Positions 1 through 9,392 of a stretch of DNA of 64,000 nucleotides are shown in pieces; position 1 is the stretch's first letter; every line of letters starts with the position of its first letter. The stretch is from an uncultured Clostridia bacterium. Lineage in GTDB: Bacteria > Bacillota > Clostridia > TANB77 > CAG-508. A model generated the notes under the pieces. It was given only the letters and a program-made list of their open reading frames with translations, searched no databases and was not told where the DNA came from. The stretch is taken from NCBI GenBank assembly GCA_944389745.1, contig CALXNM010000003.1, positions 1,464-65,463 of the forward strand. The letters run 5' to 3'. A program made the position numbers and the translations under genes.

Positions 1-2
1 GT

Positions 3-1493
3 ATTAACCATATAATAAATCAGAAAAAAGAAGCCTTTATTGTAAAGGGAGATTGTGTTATTCCAGATATAAAACCAGATATATTAAAAGAAATTAATAC
101 TAGTGGAATTGTATGTGTTTATAGAAAAGAAATATTAGAAGGCAAAGTAAAAATTGATGGAAATATAAATACATATACAATTTATTTAGCTGATGATGAA
201 AATAATAATATAAGAAGTATAAACTTTAATTTAGACTTTTCACAAGTAATAGCTGTAGATAGAACAATGCCTGATATGGATGTGAAAGTAGATATTAAAC
301 TAAAAAACATAGAATGTAAAATATTAAATGAGAGAAAAATATCAATAACAGCCTTTCTAGAAGCAGACATAAAAGTAATTTCAAATGAAAATGTAGATAT
401 TATAGACGAAGTAAAATTAGCAGATATTCAAACATTGGAAGATAATTTAAAAATTAGTTCAAGTGTAGGAACTGGTAGTGTAAGAGCATACGCAAAAGAT
501 ACATTAATAATAGATACAATAGATAATTTAGCAGAGATAATGAAAACAGAAGCAAATATTATAAATAAAGATATAAAACTAAGTTATAATAAGGTATTGG
601 CAAAGGCAGATTTAGAAATAAAAATACTATATCTTACAGATGATAATAGAATAAACTCTGTAGAAGGCAAAATACCAATTATGGGATTTATAGATATGCC
701 AGATATTTCAGAGGAAAATATTTGCGAAACAAATTACGAAATAAAAAATATTGTAATAAAACCAAATGCGGTAGAAGAACATTCAATATATGTAGAAGCA
801 GAAATTGAAATTACATGTGATGTATATAAACAAAAAGAAATAAAAGTAATACAAGACATGTATAGCCCAAAAACCAATATATCATTCACAAAAAAACAAT
901 TACAAGTAGTAGAAAATAAAGAAAGTGTACGCAATATTTGCAATATTCGAGAAAATCAGCAGGTACCAGAAATCAATGGCAATAAAATATATGATGCTTC
1001 TGTTAATATAGAAATAGAAAAGCAAACACTACTTAACGACAAAGTTATGTATGAAGGAGAAATAGAAATAACATATATTTTTAGTACTGACAATGGATTA
1101 GAATCAAAAAGAACAAGAATCCCATTTTCATTTGAACAAGATTTTCAAGGTGTAAATAAGCAATCAAATATAGAAACAAAAGTAGAAATAGAAAACCAGG
1201 AATTTATAGTATCTAGTGATGAAAATATAGATGTAAAGATAGATATTTTATTTACAACATTCCTTATAAGAAATGCAAATATAAATGTAATAGATGATAT
1301 AAACGAAGAAGAAAATAAAAATCAAGCAACATCAAGTTTAGTAATATATTTTGTGAAAAACGGTGATACATTGTGGAAAATAGCAAAGAAATTCTCTAGT
1401 ACTGTGAATGAAATAGAGAAGGTTAATGGAATACAAAACGAAAATGAGCTAGAATTTGGAAAGCAAATATTTATTCCTAGATATAATGGATAA
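3..1493 (+). CDS. Sporulation protein with repeated DUF3794-like modules and a C-terminal LysM domain (SipL/SpoVID-like). The 5' end is partial and runs off the left edge.
   Basis: The frame is open from nt 3, upstream of the listed Met at 267. C-terminal LysM signature YFVKNGDTLWKIAKKFSSTVNEIEKVNGI. Sits directly upstream of yunB. Confidence 0.65.
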   Translation: MNHIINQKKEAFIVKGDCVIPDIKPDILKEINTSGIVCVYRKEILEGKVKIDGNINTYTIYLADDENNNIRSINFNLDFSQVIAVDRTMPDMDVKVDIKLKNIECKILNERKISITAFLEADIKVISNENVDIIDEVKLADIQTLEDNLKISSSVGTGSVRAYAKDTLIIDTIDNLAEIMKTEANIINKDIKLSYNKVLAKADLEIKILYLTDDNRINSVEGKIPIMGFIDMPDISEENICETNYEIKNIVIKPNAVEEHSIYVEAEIEITCDVYKQKEIKVIQDMYSPKTNISFTKKQLQVVENKESVRNICNIRENQQVPEINGNKIYDASVNIEIEKQTLLNDKVMYEGEIEITYIFSTDNGLESKRTRIPFSFEQDFQGVNKQSNIETKVEIENQEFIVSSDENIDVKIDILFTTFLIRNANINVIDDINEEENKNQATSSLVIYFVKNGDTLWKIAKKFSSTVNEIEKVNGIQNENELEFGKQIFIPRYNG

Positions 1494-1498
1494 ATGTA

Positions 1499-2233
1499 AT
1501 GGATGAAAAAATCTTTTCAAGAAAAAGGATACATATACCTAAAATAATAAAAAATCAAAAACCAAAAAACATACAAAAACTTATAAAAATAATTATAATA
1601 TTACTAATATCAATTTTAGTTGCCAAAAATATGCTAGACGCAGTTGAACCTATAATAGAAGAAAGATGTAAATCACTTGCAAATGCTGTAGCAACTAAAA
1701 TATGTAATGAACAAGCCACAAGGGTTATGGCAGATTATGAATATGATGACTTTTGTAAAGTTATAAAAGACGAAGATAATAATGTAAAAATGATAAGTGT
1801 TAATATGATAACAATAAACAAAATAATATCAGACATACCAGTATACATATTAGAAGAGTTAAATAAAGAAGAAAACAACACTTTTGAAATTAGATTAGGA
1901 AGCTTTACAGGAAGTAGAATATTATCAGGACTTGGACCAAATATAAAAATAAGAATGATGACAGACGGAGAAATAGAAACAGATTTAAGAACAGAATTTG
2001 TAGATGCGGGAATAAACCAAACACTGCATAGAATATACCTGAATATAAAATGCGATGTATCTATACTTACACCATATAGTGTAATAAAGGATGAAATATA
2101 TAACCAAGTGCTTCTAACAGAAGGAGTAATTGTTGGAAACATACCAGAAACATATTTAAGCTTAGATGGAAGCGGACTAGATAAGCTAAATACAAATCAA
2201 AATACAAACCAAGAAAATAGTGGAGAACAATGA
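1499..2233 (+). CDS. yunB: Sporulation protein YunB
   Basis: N-terminal TM segment, then a YunB-like core (RLGSFTGSRILSGLGPNIKIRM...DAGINQTLHRIYLNIKCDV). Confidence 0.7.
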   Translation: MDEKIFSRKRIHIPKIIKNQKPKNIQKLIKIIIILLISILVAKNMLDAVEPIIEERCKSLANAVATKICNEQATRVMADYEYDDFCKVIKDEDNNVKMISVNMITINKIISDIPVYILEELNKEENNTFEIRLGSFTGSRILSGLGPNIKIRMMTDGEIETDLRTEFVDAGINQTLHRIYLNIKCDVSILTPYSVIKDEIYNQVLLTEGVIVGNIPETYLSLDGSGLDKLNTNQNTNQENSGEQ

Positions 2234-2252
2234 TAAAACATTGTTCTTTTTT
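2224..2252 (+). terminator. Intrinsic terminator after yunB
   Basis: Hairpin agaacaatg/cattgttct followed by a T-run. Confidence 0.7.
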
Positions 2253-2398
2253 GTGTGTCTTATAATTTCATATAGAGTAGATCCTTTACAATATACAACT
2301 TTATCGTACTACTGTGTTAAAAACCGAGAAAATTCAAGAAAAATAAAGAAAAGTATATAATAAATAAAAGTAAATAAAGAAAAATGACAAAAAATTAT

Positions 2399-2427
2399 TT
2401 GCTACTAAAAAAACTACATTGTATAAT
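2399..2427 (+). promoter_or_regulatory. SigA-type promoter for the paralog/ABC operon
   Basis: TTGCTA, 17-nt spacer, TATAAT with an extended -10 TG (attgTATAAT). Confidence 0.55.
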
Positions 2428-2485
2428 ATTACTATGAAGTTTTATTATAACTTTATGAAAAAAATGAAATAGTAGGGGGATTAAT

Positions 2486-2938
2486 ATGGAAGTAAAAAAA
2501 TGGATTAACAGAGTAGTAATAATTTTATTGATAATTGTTATTATTGTATTAGCAATATTGTTAGGAAGATATGCTACATTATACAAAGATTCAAATGAAC
2601 CAAAATTTAGTTATTACGTTATAAAAGATGCACAAATTACATATGCAGACATACAAAATCATAATGCTGTATATGAAAATTTTGCTATAGGCAATTATGA
2701 TTATGACTATACATTAAAATTAATTGATTTTATAAAAGAATCGAACAATATAAATTTGGACAACGAATATCTTTATGTAAAAGTTTTATTTGAAAATACT
2801 GAGTATGATGTAGGAAAAGAAGATGATTACAATAAGATATGTGAAGAAATTAAAAACGAAAAAGAAAATTATATTATAAATGTAAATTATAATGAAGAAA
2901 CTGGTCTTATTAATTTAATAACCATAGAAAAGTTTTAA
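2486..2938 (+). CDS. Membrane-anchored hypothetical protein, paralog 1 (150 aa)
   Basis: Strong RBS (gtagggggattaatATG). One N-terminal TM helix. Same length as the next ORF and about one third identical to it. Confidence 0.8.
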   Translation: MEVKKWINRVVIILLIIVIIVLAILLGRYATLYKDSNEPKFSYYVIKDAQITYADIQNHNAVYENFAIGNYDYDYTLKLIDFIKESNNINLDNEYLYVKVLFENTEYDVGKEDDYNKICEEIKNEKENYIINVNYNEETGLINLITIEKF

Positions 2939-2978
2939 TACTTTGTGATATCATATTAATAAAAAAGGGGAGTTATAT

Positions 2979-3431
2979 ATGACTAAAAAACAACTTTTAT
3001 TAAGAGTAACATTCATATTAATGATAGTTATAATTATTGTTTTATCAGTTTTAATGATTAAATTTAGAAATTTATATGTAGATTTAAAAAGAGAACCTGT
3101 TTTTGGGTATTACTTAGATAGAGATTTACAAATGACAAGCATAGATGCAATAAATCATAATATGGTTTATTTAACTTTTTTTGAGGGAGAGCATAATGGA
3201 AAATATGTAAACAAATTACTAGATTTTCTTTATTATGCCAACAGATATAATTCTGATAATAAATATCTTTACATAAAAGTTTATTATAAAGATGAAGAAT
3301 ATAAAGTTGATTATGATGAGAGTATAGGAAAATTACGTAAATTAATAAATGAAAAGTCAAAATATAAAATTGAGGTTGGGTATCCCGAAAATAGTGGTTT
3401 TATAACTTCTATTACAATAAAAGATTTATAA
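2979..3431 (+). CDS. Membrane-anchored hypothetical protein, paralog 2 (150 aa)
   Basis: RBS aaaaggggag. Shares blocks with paralog 1 (IVIIVL, EPxFxYY, NHNxVY, KLxDF, NxYLYxKV, ITI). Confidence 0.8.
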   Translation: MTKKQLLLRVTFILMIVIIIVLSVLMIKFRNLYVDLKREPVFGYYLDRDLQMTSIDAINHNMVYLTFFEGEHNGKYVNKLLDFLYYANRYNSDNKYLYIKVYYKDEEYKVDYDESIGKLRKLINEKSKYKIEVGYPENSGFITSITIKDL

Positions 3432-3471
3432 TTTATTGAAAAAGGAAAATTATAAAAACATAGGAGATAAT

Positions 3472-5829
3472 ATGAATATAGAAACAAAATTAACTTTTAA
3501 TGATATAAAGAAAAATAAAAAAAGAACACTATTTACGATAATATCAATAACTTTGTGCACGGTACTAATATTTACTACAATAATATTAATTTCGAGTATT
3601 AGAAATGGAATTACAGACAATATAGAAACAGGGTACAATGATTATCAGATAGAGATAGATAATTTAGATGTAGCTACATTTAATAAGATAAAGGATAACG
3701 CCAATATTGATAAAATTTATATACAATACAAAGATAATGAGCAATTGGAACAACTAGAAAAACCATATGAACTAACCAATTCAGATAGTGAAATAAATGT
3801 TTATATTAAATTTAATGATATAAAGAAAACTTGCCAAGATTCTACTGAAATTATTCAAATAGTAGAAGCGGCCAAAGCAGATATGGATAGCCAAGAAAAA
3901 GCAAATAATATAGAATACAAGTTTAATCAAAAATTGTTAACTGTGTATGGTTTAATTGATGTGGAAACAGTTGAGGCAAATAATAATCTAACATGTGTTG
4001 CAAGAGTAAATTATAGTTATGTGATAGATATATTGATAATTCTTATATTAGTAATTTTTTCTGTGATATTCATTATAATATTATATAATGCTTTTCTAAT
4101 AACAGTAAATGAAAGAAAAAAAGAATACGCAATATTAAATAGCATTGGAGGAACAGAAGGTCAAATACTAAAAATGCTATTTTTAAAAGGCATTATAATG
4201 GGAATAATCGGAATTATACTAGGTGGAATTATTTCTATACTTTGTTCTAATATCATATTAGATCTTTTAAATAAAATATTAGCAGAAACAGGATATAATT
4301 TTAGATTAGTTCTTGATGCTAAGTACATTGTAATTTCTGTACTTATTATAATAGTAAATATCTTTATTGCGTCAATTATTCCAAGCCTAAAAGCAAGTAC
4401 TGCATCTGTCATCCAAGGAATTAGAAATAATAACGAAATAAAATCAAAGAAAAGAATTTCTTTGTTAGAAAGAATATTGCCAATAGAAGGGAAAATAGCT
4501 GTAAAAAATATAAGAAGGGTAAAAAGCAAATATAAAATTATAACTATTTTATTGGTAATCTGTATGACGTCATATATAGTAGTTAGTACATATATAACTT
4601 ACGAAAGGAAGACAGCTGATTTAGTTGACGAATATGATTCAGATGCAGAACTAATGGTGACTCCATCAGTAGATTATAAATCTATACTTAAAGATTATGA
4701 AAGCAAAACAGGAGATAATGTAGAAGATTTAGAATATAAAGAACTTGGCTTATTTATTTTGGTAGAACCAGCAGATGCCTTTATAGATGAAGATAATGCT
4801 ACAGAGTATGAAGATAATAAAAAAGGCATAAGGATGGTAATAACGGGATTAGATGATAGCACATATAAAAAATATTTAGAAAAAGTCAATGCAAATTATG
4901 GTGATATTATTATTTATAATAACATGAGATTATTAGACCTAGAAGAAGGAACATTTAAATATCATACTGTATTTAAGCAAGGATATAATTTAAAGTTAAG
5001 TATTATAGAAGAGATATATAATTTTAATGAAGAAACAGAATCTTATGAAGATGATGAAGAAGAAACAATTACAAAATATAATGTAATTGATAGCAAAAGT
5101 TTAGATGGTAACATTGTTTTAACAGATAAGCTAATAGATGGATATAAAGACATGAGAGAAAAATATATGGCTCCATTTATAATAGTAAACATGGACAAGT
5201 TTAATGCCATACAAAAGACTGTTAATACATATATTTCACAAAATAATATCTTACAAAACGATGAAAGTTCACAGGTACAATTTATTATGAGTGATCAGGA
5301 TTATTCATATGTAAAAGTTAAATGCGGAAATATAATTGAATTTTCAAATTATATAAATGAAATTATTAAAAATGATAGAAGTAAAAATATTGATAGAATT
5401 AGTAATGCTACATATTATACTTTAGAAACACAAGAAAAAATCATTTATATAAATATAATAGAACTAATATTAAAAGTTATTATAATAGCTATAGTAATAA
5501 TAGGAATTATAAGTATAATTAATATTTTAAACGCAAGTGTATATGAGAGAAAACAAGAATTTATTATATTAAATAGTTTAGGAGCAACTGACGGAAATAT
5601 AGATAAAATTTTGATATATGAAAGCCTGTACATGTTCATAAAAGCGGTGATTATATCAATAATCTTATCAATACCGATGATATATTTAATTGTAAAATAT
5701 ATGGAAAATATTATTTCGTTTGACCATCTATTAATACCTATAGAAGATATTTGTATATTCTTAGGAATACTATTATTAATCTCTTTAGGTATTGCATTAT
5801 ATTCAACTAGAATTGTAAAAGATAAATAA
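3472..5829 (+). CDS. ABC transporter permease with two FtsX/MacB-type domains and two large extracytoplasmic loops
   Basis: ATG at 3472 preceded by the taggaga RBS, so the listed TTG at 3436 is less likely. TM clusters lie at about aa 190-320 and 650-780 and follow large soluble loops. BceB/YxdM-like N-terminus (LTFNDIKKNKKRT). Confidence 0.8.
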   Translation: MNIETKLTFNDIKKNKKRTLFTIISITLCTVLIFTTIILISSIRNGITDNIETGYNDYQIEIDNLDVATFNKIKDNANIDKIYIQYKDNEQLEQLEKPYELTNSDSEINVYIKFNDIKKTCQDSTEIIQIVEAAKADMDSQEKANNIEYKFNQKLLTVYGLIDVETVEANNNLTCVARVNYSYVIDILIILILVIFSVIFIIILYNAFLITVNERKKEYAILNSIGGTEGQILKMLFLKGIIMGIIGIILGGIISILCSNIILDLLNKILAETGYNFRLVLDAKYIVISVLIIIVNIFIASIIPSLKASTASVIQGIRNNNEIKSKKRISLLERILPIEGKIAVKNIRRVKSKYKIITILLVICMTSYIVVSTYITYERKTADLVDEYDSDAELMVTPSVDYKSILKDYESKTGDNVEDLEYKELGLFILVEPADAFIDEDNATEYEDNKKGIRMVITGLDDSTYKKYLEKVNANYGDIIIYNNMRLLDLEEGTFKYHTVFKQGYNLKLSIIEEIYNFNEETESYEDDEEETITKYNVIDSKSLDGNIVLTDKLIDGYKDMREKYMAPFIIVNMDKFNAIQKTVNTYISQNNILQNDESSQVQFIMSDQDYSYVKVKCGNIIEFSNYINEIIKNDRSKNIDRISNATYYTLETQEKIIYINIIELILKVIIIAIVIIGIISIINILNASVYERKQEFIILNSLGATDGNIDKILIYESLYMFIKAVIISIILSIPMIYLIVKYMENIISFDHLLIPIEDICIFLGILLLISLGIALYSTRIVKDK

Positions 5830-5846
5830 AAATATAGGAGAAAAGA

Positions 5847-6509
5847 ATGGAAATTTTAAAAGTAGAACACATAAAAAAAGTTTATGGAAAAGGGGAAGCG
5901 GAGGTTATAGCGGTAAATGATGTATCATTTGAGGTAGAAGAAGGCGAATTTATTGCAATAATTGGACCATCAGGAAGTGGAAAATCTACAATATTACACA
6001 TTGTTGCAGGATTAGAAAAACCAACCTCTGGAAAAGTATATTTTTATGGTAAAGATATGTATGAAATGAACAAAAAAGATTTAACCATATTAAGAAGAGA
6101 GAAAATAGGAATAATTTATCAGTTTTATAATTTAATTCCTACATTAAATGTTGAAGAAAACATAACATTACCAATTGAACTAGATAAGAAAAAAATAGAT
6201 AGAAAAAAAGTAGAGGAAATAACTAAGTTTTTAAACATAGATAATAGAAGAAAACACCTACCAAATGAATTATCTGGAGGACAGCAACAAAAAGTTGCAA
6301 TAGCTAGAGCTTTAATAATAAACCCTGCAATTCTTTTGGCAGACGAACCTACCGGAAATCTAGATTCTAATTCAAGTGAAGAAATAATACAATTATTAAA
6401 AAAAGCAAATAAAGAGTATAAACAAACAATTATAATGATTACGCATAATTTAGAAATTGCAAAACAAGCAGATAGAATTATACAAATAAAAGATGGAAAA
6501 ATAATGTAG
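5847..6509 (+). CDS. ABC transporter ATP-binding protein (MacB/LolD-type)
   Basis: Walker A GPSGSGKST, signature LSGGQQQKVAIARAL, Walker B LLADEPTGNLD. Confidence 0.92.
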   Translation: MEILKVEHIKKVYGKGEAEVIAVNDVSFEVEEGEFIAIIGPSGSGKSTILHIVAGLEKPTSGKVYFYGKDMYEMNKKDLTILRREKIGIIYQFYNLIPTLNVEENITLPIELDKKKIDRKKVEEITKFLNIDNRRKHLPNELSGGQQQKVAIARALIINPAILLADEPTGNLDSNSSEEIIQLLKKANKEYKQTIIMITHNLEIAKQADRIIQIKDGKIM

Positions 6510-6590
6510 AATTATTTAATATATAAATTTGATACAAATAATATTGAAAAAGGAGTTACCACAAAGAAACAAAAAATATTAGTGAGTACA

Positions 6591-6635
6591 ATCATATAGT
6601 CTATTTAACAGAAATGGACTATATGATATTTTTTA
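6591..6635 (+). terminator. Intrinsic terminator of the ABC operon
   Basis: Stem atcatatagtc/gactatatgat followed by a T-run. Confidence 0.7.
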
Positions 6636-6661
6636 TTATTTTATGCTAATAAAAAATAAAA

Positions 6662-6690
6662 TGAAACTTTTTGGAGTTAGATAAAGGTCT
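6662..6690 (+). promoter_or_regulatory. Candidate ECF-type autoregulated promoter
   Basis: TGAAAC, about 18 nt, then GGTCT upstream of the sigma gene. This resembles the GAAAC...CGTC ECF architecture, but the spacer is slightly long. Confidence 0.3.
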
Positions 6691-6730
6691 TATAAGTGTA
6701 TCAGGTTTGCAAACAAGATAGGAGGAAAAA

Positions 6731-7265
6731 ATGGAGGAATTTATAGACAAAGCAAAAAAGCGGAGATGAAGAAGCATTTACAGAACTTATATTGCTGTTT
6801 AAAGATGATTTATACAAAATTGCTAAAGCAAGATTAAAGAAAGATGATGATGTGTTTGATGTTATTCAGGAAACTATGATTACGGTTTTTAAATCTATAA
6901 GAAAACTAAAAGATCCATCATGTTTTAAAGCTTGGCTAATAAAGATTTTGATTAGCAAAAGTAATAATTTATATAAAAAAGATAGCAAGAAGAAAATTGT
7001 TGCATTAGATGATATTCAAAATTATAAAAAAAGCGATTATTTAGATATTGAATCAATAGAGGCTACACTAGATTTTAATTTTATTTGTAAACATTTAAAA
7101 TATGAAGAAAGAATAATTATAATGCTGTTTTATATGGAAAGATTTACAGATAAAGAAATAGGAAAAATATTAAGTCTAAATGAAAATACAGTTAAAACCA
7201 AACGAACCAGAACAATTCAAAAATTAAAAAAGATACTAGAAGGAGGAGAAAAAAGATATGTATGA
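6731..7265 (+). pseudogene. ECF (sigma-70 family) sigma factor interrupted by an apparent 1-nt insertion
   Basis: ATG at 6731 has a strong RBS (ataggaggaaaaaATG) and reads MEEFIDKAKKRR then TGA at 6767. The +1 frame reads GDEEAFTELILLFKDDLYKIA..., the canonical ECF N-terminus. Region 4 is present (FTDKEIGKILSLNENTVKTKRTR). The only in-frame start is TTG at 6792, which has no RBS. Confidence 0.75.
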
Positions 7266-8409
7266 TATAGAACAAAAATTATATCATGATTTAAATTTGA
7301 AGATAGAAGTTCCAGAAAGTTGTGAAAAAGCTATTAGAGAAGGATTGCATAAAAAGAAAAAACATTATTCATGGATGAAGATAATAACGACTGCTTGTGC
7401 AAGTTTAATGCTTACTGCCGGGGTCGTGTATGCAGGAACTAAAATATATGAAAAAATATGGGGCAATCCAGAAAGAGTAGTGGGATATTATTCAGAAGAA
7501 AATAATATAAAAGAGGAGATAACGAATGATACGATGAAGGAAGATGAAGCAAAGGAGCTAGCAGAAGAACTATTAAAAAAATTTCAACAAGAAAAAGAAA
7601 GCATTAAATCTGCAGAATTAATAGGAAATCCTATAGACTATGAGTTAGCTTGGAATATAGAAACAAATGAAAACACAGATATATTTATAGACGCAAAAAA
7701 TAAAAATTCATATAGTATAGTATTTAATAATATAGAGATGACAGACGTACAAACAGTTGAAGATAATAAATTAAATGAAAAAGCCAAAATTATAGCAAAG
7801 TCTATATGTGAAAAACTTGGATATATGGTAGAAAAATATAATTATATAAAAGTACAACCCATAATAGAAATGCAAAATGGAGACCATGTTGCTTGTATAG
7901 AATTTTTCAAACAATATGATGGACTTACAAACCCATATGAAAAAATATCGATTAGATTTATTTTAGAAACAAGCCAAATAAATGCATTTACAATATCAGA
8001 TACAAAATGCGAAGATAACAATATTACAATAACTGAAGCAGAAGCAAAGAATATAGTAAATTATCAGGAAGAAAAAATAAAAACCAAATATAAAATTAAT
8101 GACATAAAAGCTGAAAAAGCAATAGTTGCAACCAATGGTGATGCATATTTAAGAATAAGTGATTATGAACAATATAGAAAACAAAGCATAGCACAGTATC
8201 CAGCAGAAAAAATTGTAGATTATCGAATAGAAAGAAGAATTAGAAAAGTATGGGCTGTTACAGTAAACTATGATGTACCAGAAAAAGATAAATTTAATGG
8301 TGATTTTGTTGCCTGTGATGAACATTATACATATTTTATAGATGGGACCACAGGAGAAGTAGTTGGAGGAAGCAATGATTTTGAAAGCATAAAAAATTAT
8401 ATGTACTAA
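7258..8409 (+). CDS. Putative anti-sigma factor (single-pass membrane protein with a large extracytoplasmic domain)
   Basis: Overlaps the sigma gene's stop by 8 nt. Short cytoplasmic N-terminus and a TM helix (WMKIITTACASLMLTAGVVYAG). Confidence 0.6.
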   Translation: MYDIEQKLYHDLNLKIEVPESCEKAIREGLHKKKKHYSWMKIITTACASLMLTAGVVYAGTKIYEKIWGNPERVVGYYSEENNIKEEITNDTMKEDEAKELAEELLKKFQQEKESIKSAELIGNPIDYELAWNIETNENTDIFIDAKNKNSYSIVFNNIEMTDVQTVEDNKLNEKAKIIAKSICEKLGYMVEKYNYIKVQPIIEMQNGDHVACIEFFKQYDGLTNPYEKISIRFILETSQINAFTISDTKCEDNNITITEAEAKNIVNYQEEKIKTKYKINDIKAEKAIVATNGDAYLRISDYEQYRKQSIAQYPAEKIVDYRIERRIRKVWAVTVNYDVPEKDKFNGDFVACDEHYTYFIDGTTGEVVGGSNDFESIKNYMY

Positions 8410-8502
8410 TTTATATATTCACAATATATTTATTTATGATATAATGATGCAAGAATAAAAAACGTAACTTAAAGTAGAAAACGAAAGGGTGCAAAAGAGA
8501 AA

Positions 8503-9276
8503 ATGATAGATTTAATAAAAGCGGAAGAAGAATTTAAAAAGTATGTAAATAACTATGACTTAAAAAATCCACATATAGAAAGCAAAGTAATACATTCATA
8601 TAAAGTAGTAGAAATATCAGAAACAATAGCAAAATCTTTAAATTTAGAAGAGGAAGACATACAACTTGCAAAATTAATAGCACTATTGCATGATATAGGA
8701 AGATTTGAGCAATTAAAAATATATGGAACATATAGAGATAAAGATAGTATAGACCATGCGGATTTCGGAGTAAAGATATTATTTGATGATGACTTTATAA
8801 GAAAATTCATAGAAGATGATAAGTACGATAGTGTAATATATAAAGCAATAAAAAATCATAATAAATATAGCATTGAAGAAGGGTGTAATGAAAAAGAATT
8901 ATTACATTGCAAAATAATTAGAGATGCAGACAAAACAGACATATATAGAGTACATTTTGAAGACATTACAAAACAAGAAAATGTAATAAGTGATTATGAA
9001 AAAATAAAAAAACAAAATGTAGGAACAGAGGTAATAAATGCATTTAAAGAATTTAGACTTACAGACTCTAATAAATTACAAAGCGATTTAGACTGGTATT
9101 TAAAAGATATTGCTTTTATATTTGACTACAACTTCCCAAAAGGAGTAGAAATAGTAAAAAATAAAGGATATTTAGACACGATGCTTAATGCAATTAAAGA
9201 TGAGCATTTATCAAAAGAAATAAGTTTTATAAAAGATCAAGAAAATAAGTATTTTAATAAAGTATTAGGAAAATAA
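8503..9276 (+). CDS. HD-domain phosphohydrolase
   Basis: HDIGR motif and a downstream RDADK motif. Confidence 0.7.
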   Translation: MIDLIKAEEEFKKYVNNYDLKNPHIESKVIHSYKVVEISETIAKSLNLEEEDIQLAKLIALLHDIGRFEQLKIYGTYRDKDSIDHADFGVKILFDDDFIRKFIEDDKYDSVIYKAIKNHNKYSIEEGCNEKELLHCKIIRDADKTDIYRVHFEDITKQENVISDYEKIKKQNVGTEVINAFKEFRLTDSNKLQSDLDWYLKDIAFIFDYNFPKGVEIVKNKGYLDTMLNAIKDEHLSKEISFIKDQENKYFNKVLGK

Positions 9277-9392
9277 AGATGAATAAAAAGGGATTATAAA
9301 AATATTAATTATAAAATAATAAACCTATTGATAAAATATTAACGTTAATATAAAATAAAAATATAAAAATAAAATAAGAAAGAGAGTAACAA

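Noticed and set aside
6753-6769. The A AAA AAG heptamer in the sigma gene as a programmed -1 ribosomal frameshift site (dnaX-like).
   Set aside because: The sigma continuation is in the +1 frame, not the -1 frame. The -1 frame gives an unrelated peptide (AEMKKHLQNLYCC...) that soon terminates. A 1-nt indel explains the data better.
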